The notes under the pieces: model-generated
The model's database searches: none
What the model saw: the letters and a program-made list of their open reading frames with translations, nothing else
Told to the model about the DNA's origin: nothing
DNA from: Halocafeteria seosinensis
Taxonomy: Eukaryota
NCBI GenBank assembly: GCA_001687465.1
Contig: LVLI01000296.1
Location: 1-44,546, forward strand
Length of the DNA: 44,546 nt
Direction of reading: 5' to 3'
Shown here: positions 21,801 through 33,799 of the stretch, in pieces
Numbering within the stretch: position 1 is the first letter of the stretch
How the letters are laid out: every line of letters starts with the position of its first letter
Program-made: the position numbers and the translations under genes

Positions 21801-24800
21801 GCGGAAGTATTGGCATTTTGTAAGTGCTCCTGCAATAGCTTCCCGAACGCTAAGCGGACTTCTCCACACTGCACATGTCGTTTGATCCTCAGAAGTTTGT
21901 CCCTTAAAGATAAACATAAGCAAGAACAACCTTCGCGCTCCAATAATGCAGAACGCGAACTCTCAGAAGACTTCGACCCCGCTACTCCTGCCGATGATTG
22001 TCTCTCAACCGCGGTGCCATAACCATTGTTCCCGTTCTCAACAGAGTCTGAACTGCTTATTTTTCTCTCTGCTTTCAGCCCTGATGATTGATACCCGCGA
22101 GCTTGTCGGCTCGTAGGAAATGCACAATCACCTCGCGCACTCGAATCGCTATGGGTTTCTTCTTCGCTGGAGCAATAACTTGACAGCGAGCGACTCCTGG
22201 AAAATGACAGTTTTCTTCTCAACGACGACGATCGCTGGTGTCGTTTCTTCGAATTGTTAATGGATGCCGCAGCTTTAAAGTCATCCATCAATTGCTCATG
22301 TATGAGATGCTCGCTGGGGGAGAAAATTAAGCTAAAGAACTGCTCTAATAACGGAAGCGCCTCTTTTCCCAGAGAGGATATCCTTTGCTTTGGTGAGGAT
22401 GGGATACGGCAAGTCCACCAGTGAGTAGAGCCCCTTCCGTGCTCCAGCAAAAATGTTGGAGAACCATCGTGAGAGAGGGCAGTCAAACCATCTACGGGAT
22501 CCTGATGCTCCCTTGGGCGAACCAAACTACAACTCCGCCGAATTCGATTTAGACGCAAAGTTACTTCTAGGAGTCGTCTCATGCCATCTTCGGAGATATC
22601 AGTACTACGAGCCATTGCTAGAGAGTGCTCATTATGCCGCGTAGAGATTCGAATAACGAGGGGTGATCCCATGGTCCTGTTCCTCATCTCATTTTCATTA
22701 GGACAAATCCGGACAGATACGCTGTTGTTGTTACGAGTTGCCACTAAGGAACTTTGGGAGAAGTGGTCAACTCTAATCAAAACCAGCAACGAAGAACTCC
22801 CTGCCGAAATATTAACCATGCCCCGTGGAGGAGCTTTTTGTAATGCTTCGCATACCTCTTTGATGCCGCGGATGACTCTTGTTCGACGAGTCATGGTTTG
22901 TCTTTTCCGATCAGAGACAGTGTGGTCCTGCTTCAAGGAAAACGATTTCTTTGTCTTCCCTAAGGTGGCGTACTGCGAAATAAGCGCACAGTAGTTCCCC
23001 CACGCACGTCCATCCCGCAGCAGGTGGATAGCATGTGGGACGAAAAGGTCCCGGGCTACAGAGGATATGCTAGCGGCATACACTCTCCCACAGTAGAGAG
23101 GCGGCGGTCCACAGGCAGCTGCATCTAGACATACGACATTCGGGTGAAAGTAGTCAGCAACATCACCGCTTGCTGAGTAGACTGTTTTCCAGTGTAAACT
23201 CGGCTGCTCACCATTTGGTCTCGAATTGAGTTTAAAGAATGCTGATGGCCTGCGATATAGTGCCTTTTCTTTGCCGTATGCTTCAACAGGTTCGTCCGAA
23301 ACTTGTGGGTCAACGAACTTGAAGTGCTTTTGCAAGAAGATGTCGAATAACTGTGTTTCCGCTATTTGGAAGAAGAATTCCTCAGCCTCATGCTCCTCGA
23401 TCCCGCAATCAGCGCCTTTCCCTGTTTCGCAAGCCAGTGCTTCGAATAACTTCCGTCGTTTGAACTGAGAGAAACTATGGGGACTAAAGGTAACTGAATC
23501 GCCTACAAAGCAACCAAAATGACGATACTCTGTAAGGCAATGCCATACAAACCACATGCACAGTACTTGAATTTCCCTGTCCAATAAAAGAGTCCAAGTG
23601 ACATCAGAGATGGGAGTCATCGTGCTTGACACTGCGTTCCTTTCGTCCGGGAAGCGGTGTCGAAAATGATCCCATTCAAGGTAACTCCTCATCGTGCCGG
23701 AAGTACTCGGCAGCTCATATATCAGAGCTCGCAAGCCCTGGACAACAAAGCGCCACAATGGGAATGGGGTGCCGCAAAGGTCCACCTGTCCAGCCTTTCC
23801 CTGGGCATCTGTGCTGACTCTCCAATTGAAATTAGTATCTTGGCTCCTTGAGCATTTGTCACGACAGCAAGCCCAAAGACCGAACTTTCGGAGTGTTTTC
23901 TGTACCGAGGGTCTGGTGGATACAGCATTTCCACGAACGTATTGTCCTACACGGTGAGCCAAAATTTGAAGCCATGAATCAAGACTTCCAAAGTTCACAT
24001 CCCCATCAACCAAATTGACAATGAGATGTTCGGTAGACGTACTTGTTTTCTGAAAAGCTATTTCAGGTTTCAACGATCCTTGCTCATTATCATCACATGA
24101 CAAATCCATACCTTCACGAAGACCATAATATCCCTGTCGAAAGCTGCGTCCATAGCGAAGGGAAGTGCGAGCTTTCGTAACACCCATGGTTTCGGATGCC
24201 CAGCCACGAGAGTTGATCAGGTTCTTTGTTAGCGATGACAAGGTGGAGCCAAATATAAATGGGATGGGAATATCAAGCAATTGCTTTAGTGAACCTTCAG
24301 GGATCACTGGAACATAGGGCAGGGTCCATGTCAACGGATGCAGCATATTTCTGAAACATTCACATACTGCAACGAGTTCCAGAGAGGTCGCGCCGATAAA
24401 GAAAACGGGTTTTTCTCTGATCAAGGCTCCAAGCACCAGCGATACCTGCTCCGGACTCAGCCGATTTAGACACCATTGGAATGAAAATGGCATCGGGGGG
24501 AGATCCGCACCGGGTCCATTGAAGACAGTAACTGACCGTTGTACAGCAGTATTAAGAGCCGACCTGTCACTGAGACTGCTGTGATCGTCGCAATGGTTCG
24601 CAACCACACTTGGAAGCGGAAGATGCAGCCTCACTAATGCGTCTTCAGGTACCAATGGAACAGCGAGCAACATCATTATGTACGCGTGGAATGTGGTGCT
24701 GAGCCTGCAGCAGATCTTTTCTGAGCCATCATAAGAGAGATGGGCTACAAATTCACTGTGAAAAATGCCGCTTGCAAATTCTGAAGCAATTGAATGCACA

Positions 24801-25477
24801 GCTGTTATACCAGCCATTCTGACTAGGAACACAAGGTAGAGCTGTTTAGGAAATTGGCTATATGTCTGGTGCTGCTCCTCAATTATTGATTCGCGTGTAA
24901 AGCCAAGGCTGCAGGCGACCCCAAAGAGTTTGTGGTTGACACTGGTTCCGGCAGAAATGCAAAAGTGGTGAACATCATGCGAATTCTTCTTTCCTTGGTC
25001 ATCCTCCATTCGCTCAAGCTCACGCATAAAAGGAGCCACAAACGCTCCAACGTCCGCGGGCACCCCTTCAGATTCTCCGTCCACCTTTCCCATTGGTTCG
25101 ACGTGACCACTTTCACCGGCAACGGTATGCTCACCATCGCTTTTCTTCACGTCCTGACATGAGCAATGATACAAAACCTCAGTACCATCGTCGTGAGCCG
25201 ACGAATAGTCCCCAAATGTGCTGTTTTGGCTGCTGTCGGCCGAAGTTGGTGAAAGTTCGAGCTCATTATCCTCCTCCCTTGTTTGCTTTGTTTGCTGCTC
25301 CCATCTCCCATCAAGCCAATCTCCGAGGATAAGGACATGCTCAACGACATACTCCGGAAAATCCTCTCCATGAACCGAATTCTCCTCATTAAGCTCTATG
25401 TCAGGTACATTCCACGGGTTGTACAAGTACGCCTTCTGTTCCAGTGATGATGTGTCCCACGACTGTTCACCGCTCAT
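18839..25477 (-). CDS. DENN-domain protein (putative Rab GEF) with C-terminal WD40 repeats, 2212 aa
   Basis: cDENN: LSPEQVSLVLGALIREKPVFF...LHPLTWTLPYVPVIP...LLDIPIPFIFG. dDENN: FFQIAETQLFDIFL. WD40: ATGATDGQVVLWD, TSSLDGTLKLWQ, STSWDGTLKVWY. Confidence 0.9.
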   Translation of the reverse strand: MSGEQSWDTSSLEQKAYLYNPWNVPDIELNEENSVHGEDFPEYVVEHVLILGDWLDGRWEQQTKQTREEDNELELSPTSADSSQNSTFGDYSSAHDDGTEVLYHCSCQDVKKSDGEHTVAGESGHVEPMGKVDGESEGVPADVGAFVAPFMRELERMEDDQGKKNSHDVHHFCISAGTSVNHKLFGVACSLGFTRESIIEEQHQTYSQFPKQLYLVFLVRMAGITAVHSIASEFASGIFHSEFVAHLSYDGSEKICCRLSTTFHAYIMMLLAVPLVPEDALVRLHLPLPSVVANHCDDHSSLSDRSALNTAVQRSVTVFNGPGADLPPMPFSFQWCLNRLSPEQVSLVLGALIREKPVFFIGATSLELVAVCECFRNMLHPLTWTLPYVPVIPEGSLKQLLDIPIPFIFGSTLSSLTKNLINSRGWASETMGVTKARTSLRYGRSFRQGYYGLREGMDLSCDDNEQGSLKPEIAFQKTSTSTEHLIVNLVDGDVNFGSLDSWLQILAHRVGQYVRGNAVSTRPSVQKTLRKFGLWACCRDKCSRSQDTNFNWRVSTDAQGKAGQVDLCGTPFPLWRFVVQGLRALIYELPSTSGTMRSYLEWDHFRHRFPDERNAVSSTMTPISDVTWTLLLDREIQVLCMWFVWHCLTEYRHFGCFVGDSVTFSPHSFSQFKRRKLFEALACETGKGADCGIEEHEAEEFFFQIAETQLFDIFLQKHFKFVDPQVSDEPVEAYGKEKALYRRPSAFFKLNSRPNGEQPSLHWKTVYSASGDVADYFHPNVVCLDAAACGPPPLYCGRVYAASISSVARDLFVPHAIHLLRDGRAWGNYCALISQYATLGKTKKSFSLKQDHTVSDRKRQTMTRRTRVIRGIKEVCEALQKAPPRGMVNISAGSSSLLVLIRVDHFSQSSLVATRNNNSVSVRICPNENEMRNRTMGSPLVIRISTRHNEHSLAMARSTDISEDGMRRLLEVTLRLNRIRRSCSLVRPREHQDPVDGLTALSHDGSPTFLLEHGRGSTHWWTCRIPSSPKQRISSLGKEALPLLEQFFSLIFSPSEHLIHEQLMDDFKAAASINNSKKRHQRSSSLRRKLSFSRSRSLSSYCSSEEETHSDSSARGDCAFPTSRQARGYQSSGLKAERKISSSDSVENGNNGYGTAVERQSSAGVAGSKSSESSRSALLEREGCSCLCLSLRDKLLRIKRHVQCGEVRLAFGKLLQEHLQNANTSAMHEVKRLFISSNVSGDVEGFEEIPLSVAFSSTLDSSIRQSIVLWPPAFSALIQAFRWMLNACDTAKDFAAAATLIQIAPYFRCSVQAKHVDYALKGEDRISKHMLETPADVLLGLPWPYLLCYIDGMGRSEEPLCWKLPLELEESGGYYTLSMDNCLFGLGIWSRAEFWACYLQYSSAVHLCQAAHGWKLRTQSCSHKQSAVGGNVLWFAANDMGSLIKQIQQLVQEHIFGLIQNALRLGTSKETICGWPASLCVASSCAPPMISNDIIPPCTGNRAIQQLLAEASHISARHLKCSSGIATLYNHMIGCGRDVCRPLLPLAYFGQDHKEALERSISSLLSTGSWSSCQVHMSPNWGEKDRRKSDLSVSSIASPEASDDDSPFRRNQQFSEDYDRTYYQPRSPPIPVSSESLSLNLGSARMQWLSPRDIVAAAEMRPVEEYTHLVNDEKVLMHPLTLSSDTLKGHNVGAKIECMSAVSFLDWRNDTPTACEGEWLSLAATGATDGQVVLWDLVVESPILRQYVDAGPIASINLFTFDGIDIVCISKDGLVTIWRIPKDQIYHPVQRRQSQPPLRSFRSTSPKERSNLNTFTAFATLKQPNSIPTPLWKERILRSGERRLGTALFSKLFSKRKISAEKVVSSVVEAKSGSTDGNEDAYYILAMATVSGRILCWWSDTRRCVEFQLPQEGAAEIPQCLRLIHVPTWCLLVGSRSGNMYAFDIAALRASARDKRRLNRLDSILAYEWRAHTRAVISCNYIAVESGSESAGPLREIVYTSSLDGTLKLWQLGARLNSSQSLGEVFSVGAFDAEEQVWASLIIPDKTKAAGPNYGGSIAVVGCEDGSVRAWVFDLHSYLREFQDELKREEIQCRTKRDSELCGGESIFGKLLAKHSASVIHLASDGDSVIASGSSDGDIRLINVRPLKSTQSRELCRSFAVWGDLTESGIDADVDTHEAHISGLQLLQDCLISTSWDGTLKVWYGYEQYHSN

Positions 25478-25599
25478 CGTACATTGACCGAAAGCAAGTC
25501 ATACTCAATATACGCAAAAGGACAATCAGCATGATACGGCTGAATGCACTGACATCATCGACAATCAAATATATGGTATTACAATCTGTATCAGACTGT

Positions 25600-26273
25600 A
25601 TATCACTCGCGCAATGCACCAACTTCAACTTCAACTTGGAGGAGCTAGACTATCAATGCACGACTCCGCCTTCCAGTTACTCTCGATGGTGTACTCGCTG
25701 AACATGAGTGACTGCCACCAAGAAACTATCACAGATAATGCCTTTAGGCACCTACAGGCTTTGACGTGTTTAGCCATGGCTGCATGCATGCAGGAGTCTA
25801 TAACGATTGCCGCTTTCAGCTACTTGTCGAACCTGGTGCGGTTAGACATGCGTACAGGAGGGAGAAACAAAGTCTGACCAAACTTAGTGTCACAGGGTGC
25901 AGTGCACTCAGGTCGGCATAAAGGATTCTGCATCAGAACATTTACGGAACTTACGGGAGCTGGACGTGGGGTCGTGCTGCCAAGAGAACATATCAGATGC
26001 TGCTTTCGAGTACTTGTCTAGCTTGGTCTCATCGAAATGTGGGGACACCTGGTGAAACTAACATCGTTAGATATTAGTTTTTGTAACCAAAGCCGGAAAA
26101 AGGATTACGCTTTCGAGAATCTGAGCAACTTAGTAGGTTTGAGTATGCATGGATCATCGTTTATTCGTTTAACCAAGCTACGATCACTGAATGTCACGAA
26201 TTGTCAAAAGGAGTTGACCACTAACACTCTCCAACGCGTTCCGGTACGTTGCGAAGTATGCGGACTAAACTAG
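25600..26273 (+). pseudogene. Recently decayed LRR-family paralogue (C-terminal half)
   Basis: DSAFQLLSMVYSLNMSDCHQETITDNAFRHLQALT, HLVKLTSLDISFCNQ, and terminal VPVRCEVCGLN (cf. LPKRCTVYGL). Stops, frameshifts and deletions present. Confidence 0.88.
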
Positions 26274-26558
26274 GTTGAGCTGTATGAAGCTTGCTTCAGC
26301 TCAGCCGCAAGGGGGCAGATATTTTGTCCATGAAATTAGAATAGATTTTTTTAAGGTTTAAGAAATCTTGGCTTATATAGAACAAACAGCCTTCAGCTGC
26401 TGATTCTTCTTGAAGTTGTACCTTTAACAGGATTCCTTCTACTTGTACACAGTCAAATGGCATAGATTTTTTCTTTGTAGAGGCAACCTTTGTCCTGCAT
26501 CTTATTTTTGTCCTTAATTGGATCTTTTGTAAGTTGAATTCGAAGTTTGCGAGCCACC

Positions 26559-27767
26559 ATGCCTATAGGTTCTCGAACCAGGAAGTCCTCGGGGAGAAAG
26601 AAGAATTCTTCTTATTCTTCCAACTCTTATGCGTCAAGTCATTCCAATCGACATACCAAACATAGCTATTCTTCTGCATCAACGATGAAATCTTTATTGA
26701 ATTTTGGTACCGGTCGTGTGAATGAGTACGTGAAATACATGAAGATCTGTGAGAAGAATGAGAATTCGAGAAAACGAATTCCCAGCGGAACTCCATTGTC
26801 TTCAATTCATTACACTATAGCTTATAATGACTTGACCACAATACAGAAACATTAATTCAAAGAGAACAGTGGAAGACGAAAATGATACGGCTTGGGAATC
26901 CTTCCCTGTCCGCAAAAGGCAGCGTCAAGAATCCGTTGAGGACGATCACACTGCCGCGTTCGACGCCTACACTCCAAATATTACAGATCGAACGCCTGTG
27001 GTCAATGAAGGCGACGATGATGACGACGAGGAAGAAGATGACGAAGAGGAATTATATCGTTTACAATCGACACTGCAAAAACTGCTAGAATGTGCCAAAA
27101 TCAAGTCTCAGCAGCAGATGCAGGAAGCAAAAGCCGAGTTCCTCACAAAGAGCAAGGAAACGCTAAAGAAGACATTCCAAGTAAGCAGCTTCTGTTCCGT
27201 TCGTCACATTGAAGATATAAGCAACTGACCATTTTCTTTCTTTTGTGTCGGACAATCACCACCTCAGGCCCAGAAAGCAAAGCTCCTTCAAAAGAGTGAG
27301 TCCATTCACGTGTCGACCCAACTCTTCCGGCACAAGCACTGGTTTCGTACAACTTGCTCCCGATACACAGAAACGAGACAACTAAACAAGATCGACCAGC
27401 TTGCAAGACAACTGAGCGAACCACAAAAAGAATTCCAGGTGAGCTGCAGGTCTTATCATGTACGGAGAGTCGCATCGTTTAGGTCCTCACTTTCATACAG
27501 AAATTCAAAGCGGACACGCTGAGTCGCCTAGCATCTCTACAGCACAGCACCGGCCAGAAAATCGCAAAGCTCGAGGAAAATAAGTCAAACGTGGAGCAGC
27601 AATGGACCAAGAGTATCGATAAGCTCCTCCATCGATTCCGTGACATCGCCAGCGAAGAGAAAAAAATTGCTCTGGAAAAAGCCCGAAAAGAAACAAAGCG
27701 AATTGGCAACCACACTCAACCTATTGCAGAATTATTCCAGAACATTGAGAGTGGTATTGTAGCCTAA
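26559..27767 (+). CDS. Uncharacterised protein with disordered N-terminus and C-terminal coiled coil; 5 exons, ~287 aa
   Basis: GCCACCATG start. Exons 26559-26725, 26847-27180, 27268-27295, 27371-27438 and 27501-27767 join in frame via GT-AG introns. Basic RKRQR, an acidic tract and a K/E/Q-rich helical tail. Confidence 0.75.
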
Positions 27768-27774
27768 AATTCGT

Positions 27775-30478
27775 TCAGTCACTAAGATCGCTGTCGCCTT
27801 CGAAACCCGATGCAGCTTCCTCCTGATTTCCTATGGAGGAATATTTTGTACACAGACTAACGATCTCATCTATGACACTTACCCAGCCATCGCGTATTTC
27901 TTCCGTTTCTGCACGGAACAAATAATGCTTATTCTTTTCCTCTACAACAAACTCATATCCCTTTTTCGACTTTTGCTTATATACTCTCAGAATATCTTTA
28001 ACACAAAACGACCCCTTAGCCGAACTGTCTCCCGGCAATGTATGATACCAAATATAACCAGAGAACAAGCTAAGATACCGTCGTTTCCACTTGGCTCCAA
28101 AATTTTCCGATTTCTTTTTCGATTTTTTCAGGAGCCACGATTCTAGTACGGCTCCTTTAGAATCTTCGAAGCTCTCTCTAGCTACTCTCAGGGCCTCATC
28201 CGGATCATCGGATACCCTCTTGAAAATAGATGCTGCTTCTTTCTGTTCTGACTGACTTTCAGAATTGCATTTAGACTCTTCTTGCTTTTCAGTTCTGGCG
28301 TGCTCCACACTACCTTCCTCACGTTCGTTTGACTCCTCATAATTGGGTGACGAATCGTCTTCTGGCATGGGCTTTAGAGTCAATTCTCTGGTAGTGCCAG
28401 ATTCTTGCTGATAACGAACACTGGATGAGGGTTCCCGTTTCTTCGGCGTCACTGGTCGATTCTTGCTGAAGTCATGAGACATATCGCACACCCTGTCCAA
28501 CTGGAGTTGCAGTGCAGATTTTCGTTGCTCTAGCTCTTCATAATCGGCCTCCAGCCTTCTCAGTTGTTGCTGCTTCTGACTAAAGTAGTGCTCACACATA
28601 GGTATGATCCGCTGTTGCAGCAAGTTGGTACTGGTTGCATCTGTCTCCCTTCCCCCGGGCTGGTTACCCAGCGCGCCATTCATTCTGCCCAAGAGTTTCT
28701 GTAAATCTTCCTTGACTGCCGCGAATTTAGACTTGTCTCTATCGTACTCTCGCTGCATCGCAGCTAGCTGACTCTGGAAAGATTCGGCATCACTTCTTGC
28801 CTCCCGAAGGGCTCGAATGGCACAATCTCGTTCTTCCAAAGCCTGCTCGGCGATAATCGAACCTACGTATTGGTTGCCATCGTCAAAGAAAGTCGGTATA
28901 TACACGGAGGCACCACGCATGCGTCCGCCGGAAGTATCGACCGGTTGTCCAGTTTTTGGATTCGTGTTACTACCCTGCTGGGCTTTTTTTAACTCACGAG
29001 TCAACTCTTCGTTCTGCCTTGCTAGCTCTTCGTTTTCTTCCCGTTGTTTCTTCAGTTCGGAGTATTTACAGTAGATTCCATGGTACGCTGTAGCAAGTTC
29101 TTGTAGTCTCTGTCCTAGAACCTTTTTTTCTCTTTCTCTTTGTCGTTCTCTCCTTCTCGATCTCTCGATCGAGGCGCGCATCGATTCTTCCAGGTTGGAA
29201 CACTGTATCCTCATGGACGATAGCTTGCTCCTTAATGCCATGTACTTTCTTCGTAATTTGAAATAGGGAAACATTCGAAAGCGAAGAAGCAAGGGACGGG
29301 GAGTCTCGTCCAATAGCTCGTTGACTTTCTGCGCTGGAAGACCACGCAGATCACGTCCCCCAAGGGAAACCAAAACCATTCCGACTTGGACATTTTTCAA
29401 AGCCAGTGTGTTAGCATGTAGATTTTCGGTCATAGAAGAGTTATCCAATTTCTCCCATGAGCTGCCAACAAAAGAAACACAGCCATCCTTGGTCATCTGG
29501 GGAATCTGCGCAACTTCCAGAGCATATGCACTCTCTGGTGGTGCCTGTGCAAAATGGATCCCCAAAGGACCTTTCTCCAATTTGACGTCGACATCATCTA
29601 GAAGGCCTTCATCGTCTTCTTCCTTATCCTCCTGGGAAACATGAAAGGAAATACAGCTGCAGCCAGGCACGGTGAGTCAGGTAAACATTGTCAAGACTTA
29701 CACGTAACAACGCATCTGTTTCATCGTTCTTGCGAGATTTTGGATACTTGTCTCGGGAGACTGCATTCTGTAATAATTTTTCACACTGCACCCTTAACAT
29801 TTCGTTCTCTATGGCCAGTTTCTCCATGTGCTGCTTATGTTGTCGGGGAATCTCATTGCGCTCGCCAGCTGCAGACGTTGAACCTAGGTTCTTACTCGCT
29901 TTACTTTCCACAGGAGTCTCCCCGGGTGCCCGCGACTTCCAATGCGTGTCAACTTTCTTCTCCACGTCCTCTGATGAGGAATCACTGAAAACCTCTTCCT
30001 TCTCTGGAATTGCATCCTCATGGGAGTTGAATGCTTGCGCTCCATCGGTCTCCTCTGAGTCCTCACTCGACGAGCTGTTGCTGCTACTCGTGGACCTCGT
30101 CCTCCGGCCACTTCTCTGTTGTTTGCTATCCGACATAGTCATCGCACCATCATCCTCGTCCCTCCCATGGCTGTTATAGTTCCTTGTATGTGCTGAAGGA
30201 GACGCTGGAGGAGGTGCGCGGCGCGATTTCTCTCTTTCCCCGCCGCCACCAGCAGAGTCTGCATTTCGTGGAGAAGAAGAGGATTTGATGCGCCTCTGAC
30301 GCGCCGCCCCATGTTGATGGGGATCACCATCTTGTCCTGTACTCCTTGTTCCGGCCGCCACAGCGGATTGATCCGAAGATGACGAAGGAGGTTCGGGTGG
30401 GAAAGCCGAGAGTTCATACGGTACACGCCCTCTCTGATACCCATTATCAGTAGAGCGATGCCGTGCCACTTGCGCCAT
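27775..30478 (-). CDS. PDZ - coiled-coil - PH domain protein; 2 exons, ~877 aa
   Basis: A phase-0 70-nt intron (29701-29632, GTAAGT..CAG) joins the two ORFs. PDZ: LEKGPLGIHF...VQVGMVLVSLGG..RPLLLRF. PH: LESWLLKK..WKRRYLSL..YLFRAETEEIRDGWV. Confidence 0.88.
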
Positions 30479-30823
30479 GATATGCACTGGGTTTTATCCC
30501 GAAAAACGCGTCATGGGGCCTACAATCAGCCTCAGAGTGGCTCGACAACGCTTATGCGTCGCCCGAACCAGAGACACCGAAAAGTTTGTTGCATTTATTG
30601 GAAGCGAAGCGAAGAAAGCTGGCCAGTGGCGGTCGATTCGACCGCAACTACCGATCAAGAAAACGCAAACTCAGGATGTGACTATGTCAACGCATGGGTA
30701 ATTCATTACGCAGTGCCTGACTCCCTTGAAGTGCTAACTAGTTGCATCCGCTTTCTACAGTTGTCGTACATTAATGCGGTAAAGTTTAATGCTAGATTTT
30801 TCTTGATGTAACGTGAGTTCCCT

Positions 30824-33669
30824 TCAGGAACATGAACTACTCAACTCACCGAAGTGCTGAATAAAGAATCGAAAGGAATATACGTGATCAACAATAAAAC
30901 TCCATATCAACGCAATTTCGAGAATCCCAAGACCAACAGTTGGAAGGACAGCCTGAGGTGTGTTCAGATATGCGAGTCCTGTAGATACAATAGATACACC
31001 GATCTTCCTCCGGACATAGATGTCCGCCAGAGCAATCGCTGCAACTTTGACATAGATACGAAACGTTGTCACAAAAGACCAACTTCGGAACTTCGAGACG
31101 TACCAAGCAGCACTGCTCCCAATACCACAGCGTTGAAAACCATTACGCGAGCAAAATCCTCCATGCACATCTCTACGTAGGGAAACGACTCTCTGCAATA
31201 ACAAGGATCCGATGTGTGCGACAGTATTGCAACCAATCCACTGCAATAAAAACTCTCGTACCTGTTATGCCCGAATACGTAAAAGCTAAACATTATCATA
31301 AAAGCAATACTAGCGTAAATATTTGCAAAGAACATCATGAAAAGCGTCTGACAGCGCGATATAACCCTGTTAAGAGCAGAAGCGTAAACGATAAGGATAT
31401 CAAGAAACGCATACCGGGAGTACATACCAGCAAATCAATACAAACTCGGTGTCAGCGTCTGTGTACCTCCAATTATAAACCTGTCGGCGATCTGATCCAG
31501 GTTTAGAGATTTCAGAATACACCAAATAAGCTTTCGATGATGCTATCGTATGTCGTCGGGATCGGATCGGCGGAGCATTGGACGATTGACTCGTCGCAAT
31601 CATGCGAACCAAATAGATCGGCAGGATCTCGTGCGGAGGTATCCTTGCGGTATTCTGGGCATTAAGAAGCCTTTTCCAAATGGACTTGGGCTGAATGACA
31701 CCCGATTTGTTAGCCATGCGCATGGAAGCCCACATCAACTTTTCCTTCGACGTAGCTGCTATTTGCACACCTTTATAGCTCCAGGCCGTCTCCGTCGAAA
31801 CACCGATCCGTGGGGAGCCTCTACCGAAGATCTCTTTCTTCAGATACAGTACGCTCCCTTTAGAAGGAACTCCGGTCAAATTTCCTAACGTCCAACGAAC
31901 AAGAGACTCAGGCATCCGGGAAACTTCTGCAGGACAGCACAACAAGATCAACCTGCCAAAATTTGGAGTGGAAACAGAGAATGTATTACCTTTCCCATTC
32001 CTGGTCGATCTCTCCATATACCTTTGAGGGGTGACTCGGCCCCTAACTTCTCGTGCACGTGCCCACTCTGGCAACATGAAAATCCAAGAGCCGCCGGTGA
32101 TGAAAATAGTCAGCATCTCCCCAAGCACCAGTATAACAAACACTACTGCAGAATCAATCTCCGGAAGAATGAATGCAATGAACATTTCAGATAAGCACTC
32201 GTAGAAGTAGTCAGAATGACGAAACGATGCCGCATTCAGCCGGTGATCAAACTGCTTGCTCTGAGACTCCAAACAGCGACGATATTTTCCGTCGAAGAAT
32301 CGACCGCCATGTCTTGCGCAAGACATGAGGGACGGTAGCATAAACTTTCTGTACGTAGTGCCTAAAATGAAGAACGCTATTGCGAGTAGTGCTTGCATAT
32401 CGTCCTTGTCTCGCGCAAGCCGAAACAGAAGAAGAAATCCTATACATTGCAAGTAAAACGTCGCATAAGCCAGCATCATAAAGACGAGCGTCAATATCCG
32501 TCTTCGCCGATATACAACATAACTTGGAAGGTAATCTGAATGTCTATCTGCAGAAGCCAGGGAGTAGCTTCTCCTCCGCGCCTCTTCTCGACTATCTTCC
32601 TCGCCGGGGTCAGGGGTATCACCACTCCAATACTGTGCTTGGTGTTCAACGTTTCGCCGAAACTCTGCAGTTGCGCTTCCCCAAGAAAGGCATTGTTCGA
32701 CATGATTAGGAGTTGCCGTTCCCTTCTCGTAGTCCGGCAGGTAGTTTGTCGCAAAATCATAACACATGTAAAAGACCATCAATTGGTTAAAAAACGATCC
32801 AACGAAGTTAAAGGCAAAAGGTACAGGAAAAGATCCAGTCGCTCGAGGAATCATTTCCTGGAATATTAGCGCGAGCATCAGTTGTAGCGCAGGAGGCCAC
32901 AGTTTGTAGTAATAATGGTCTCCTGGTTGTAAGTAAACAGTTTGGATACTCAAAAACACTGTGTCAGCGAAGAACAAGTTCCCAAGTTCCTGTACAGAGA
33001 AATACTTGAAACGCGGTATACGGAAATTGAGTGTGGGTCCAGTCCGACCAAAATGCTTACCTGTAAGGTCCATCCCCATTGTTTTGTGAACGGAAGGAAT
33101 CCTTCAGTTCCTAGTGGCCTCTTCAACTCGTACAATGGCGTTGAAGTCAAGACTAAGTTAACTAAAATCGGTAAGATTACGTACGTCCCGATTGCATACA
33201 TTACAATGCGAAGAAGGCCCCGCGTGCTGTTGTCGGTAAACCAGTAATGGGTAAAGCGATTTCGATTCCTTACGTCAGTGACACGTACGACCGTTACCCC
33301 TATCATTCCAGTGAGCGAGGATATCTTCCGGCAACCTATTCTCGCACTGGCGAGTTGATCGGAGTGATTGAATCTTGTGTCAAACAACTCCCATTTAAAA
33401 AGGCGACCGGCCCGGAGGGCATTCCGAGGGGGAGAGGCGAAAAAGACTCTGCCACCTCGAGGGTGAGGCGACCTGCTGTCTCTGCCTCTATTTCTTCCTT
33501 CTGCTTCGTTTGATGGTTCATCATCGCCGCGAGCGCTTGTTTGTTTGGAAGTCTGTGGAGACCACTCCGCTGGACTAAGCGACGGTCGGGAACAAGAGGA
33601 ATCGGGGTCAGCGGAGGTATCCAAACGACGAATGTCGGACAGATGCGTCATTCGAGGTCTCTTGAGCAT
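30824..33669 (-). CDS. Uncharacterised multipass membrane protein, paralogue A; 5 exons, ~859 aa
   Basis: Exons 33669-33061, 32989-31428, 31366-31262, 31192-31104 and 31038-30824, with introns of 71, 61, 69 and 65 nt. Roughly 10 or more hydrophobic segments, an FPVPF motif, and collinear similarity to paralogue B. Confidence 0.85.
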
Positions 33670-33799
33670 TTTTATCACTTGTCAACGTTACACTGTTTAT
33701 TTGACTGGGTTTTCACTAGATTTGTGTACCGCTCTTTGAATGCATCGCGTCTCAATGGACTGATCCTTTGGGTTTACGGAGTACGTAACGGGAACACGA

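Noticed and set aside
19025..25389. Numerous short ORFs antisense or out of frame within the DENN gene (likewise within the PH, membrane and REJ genes)
   Set aside because: Shadow ORFs of long coding sequences with no independent motifs.
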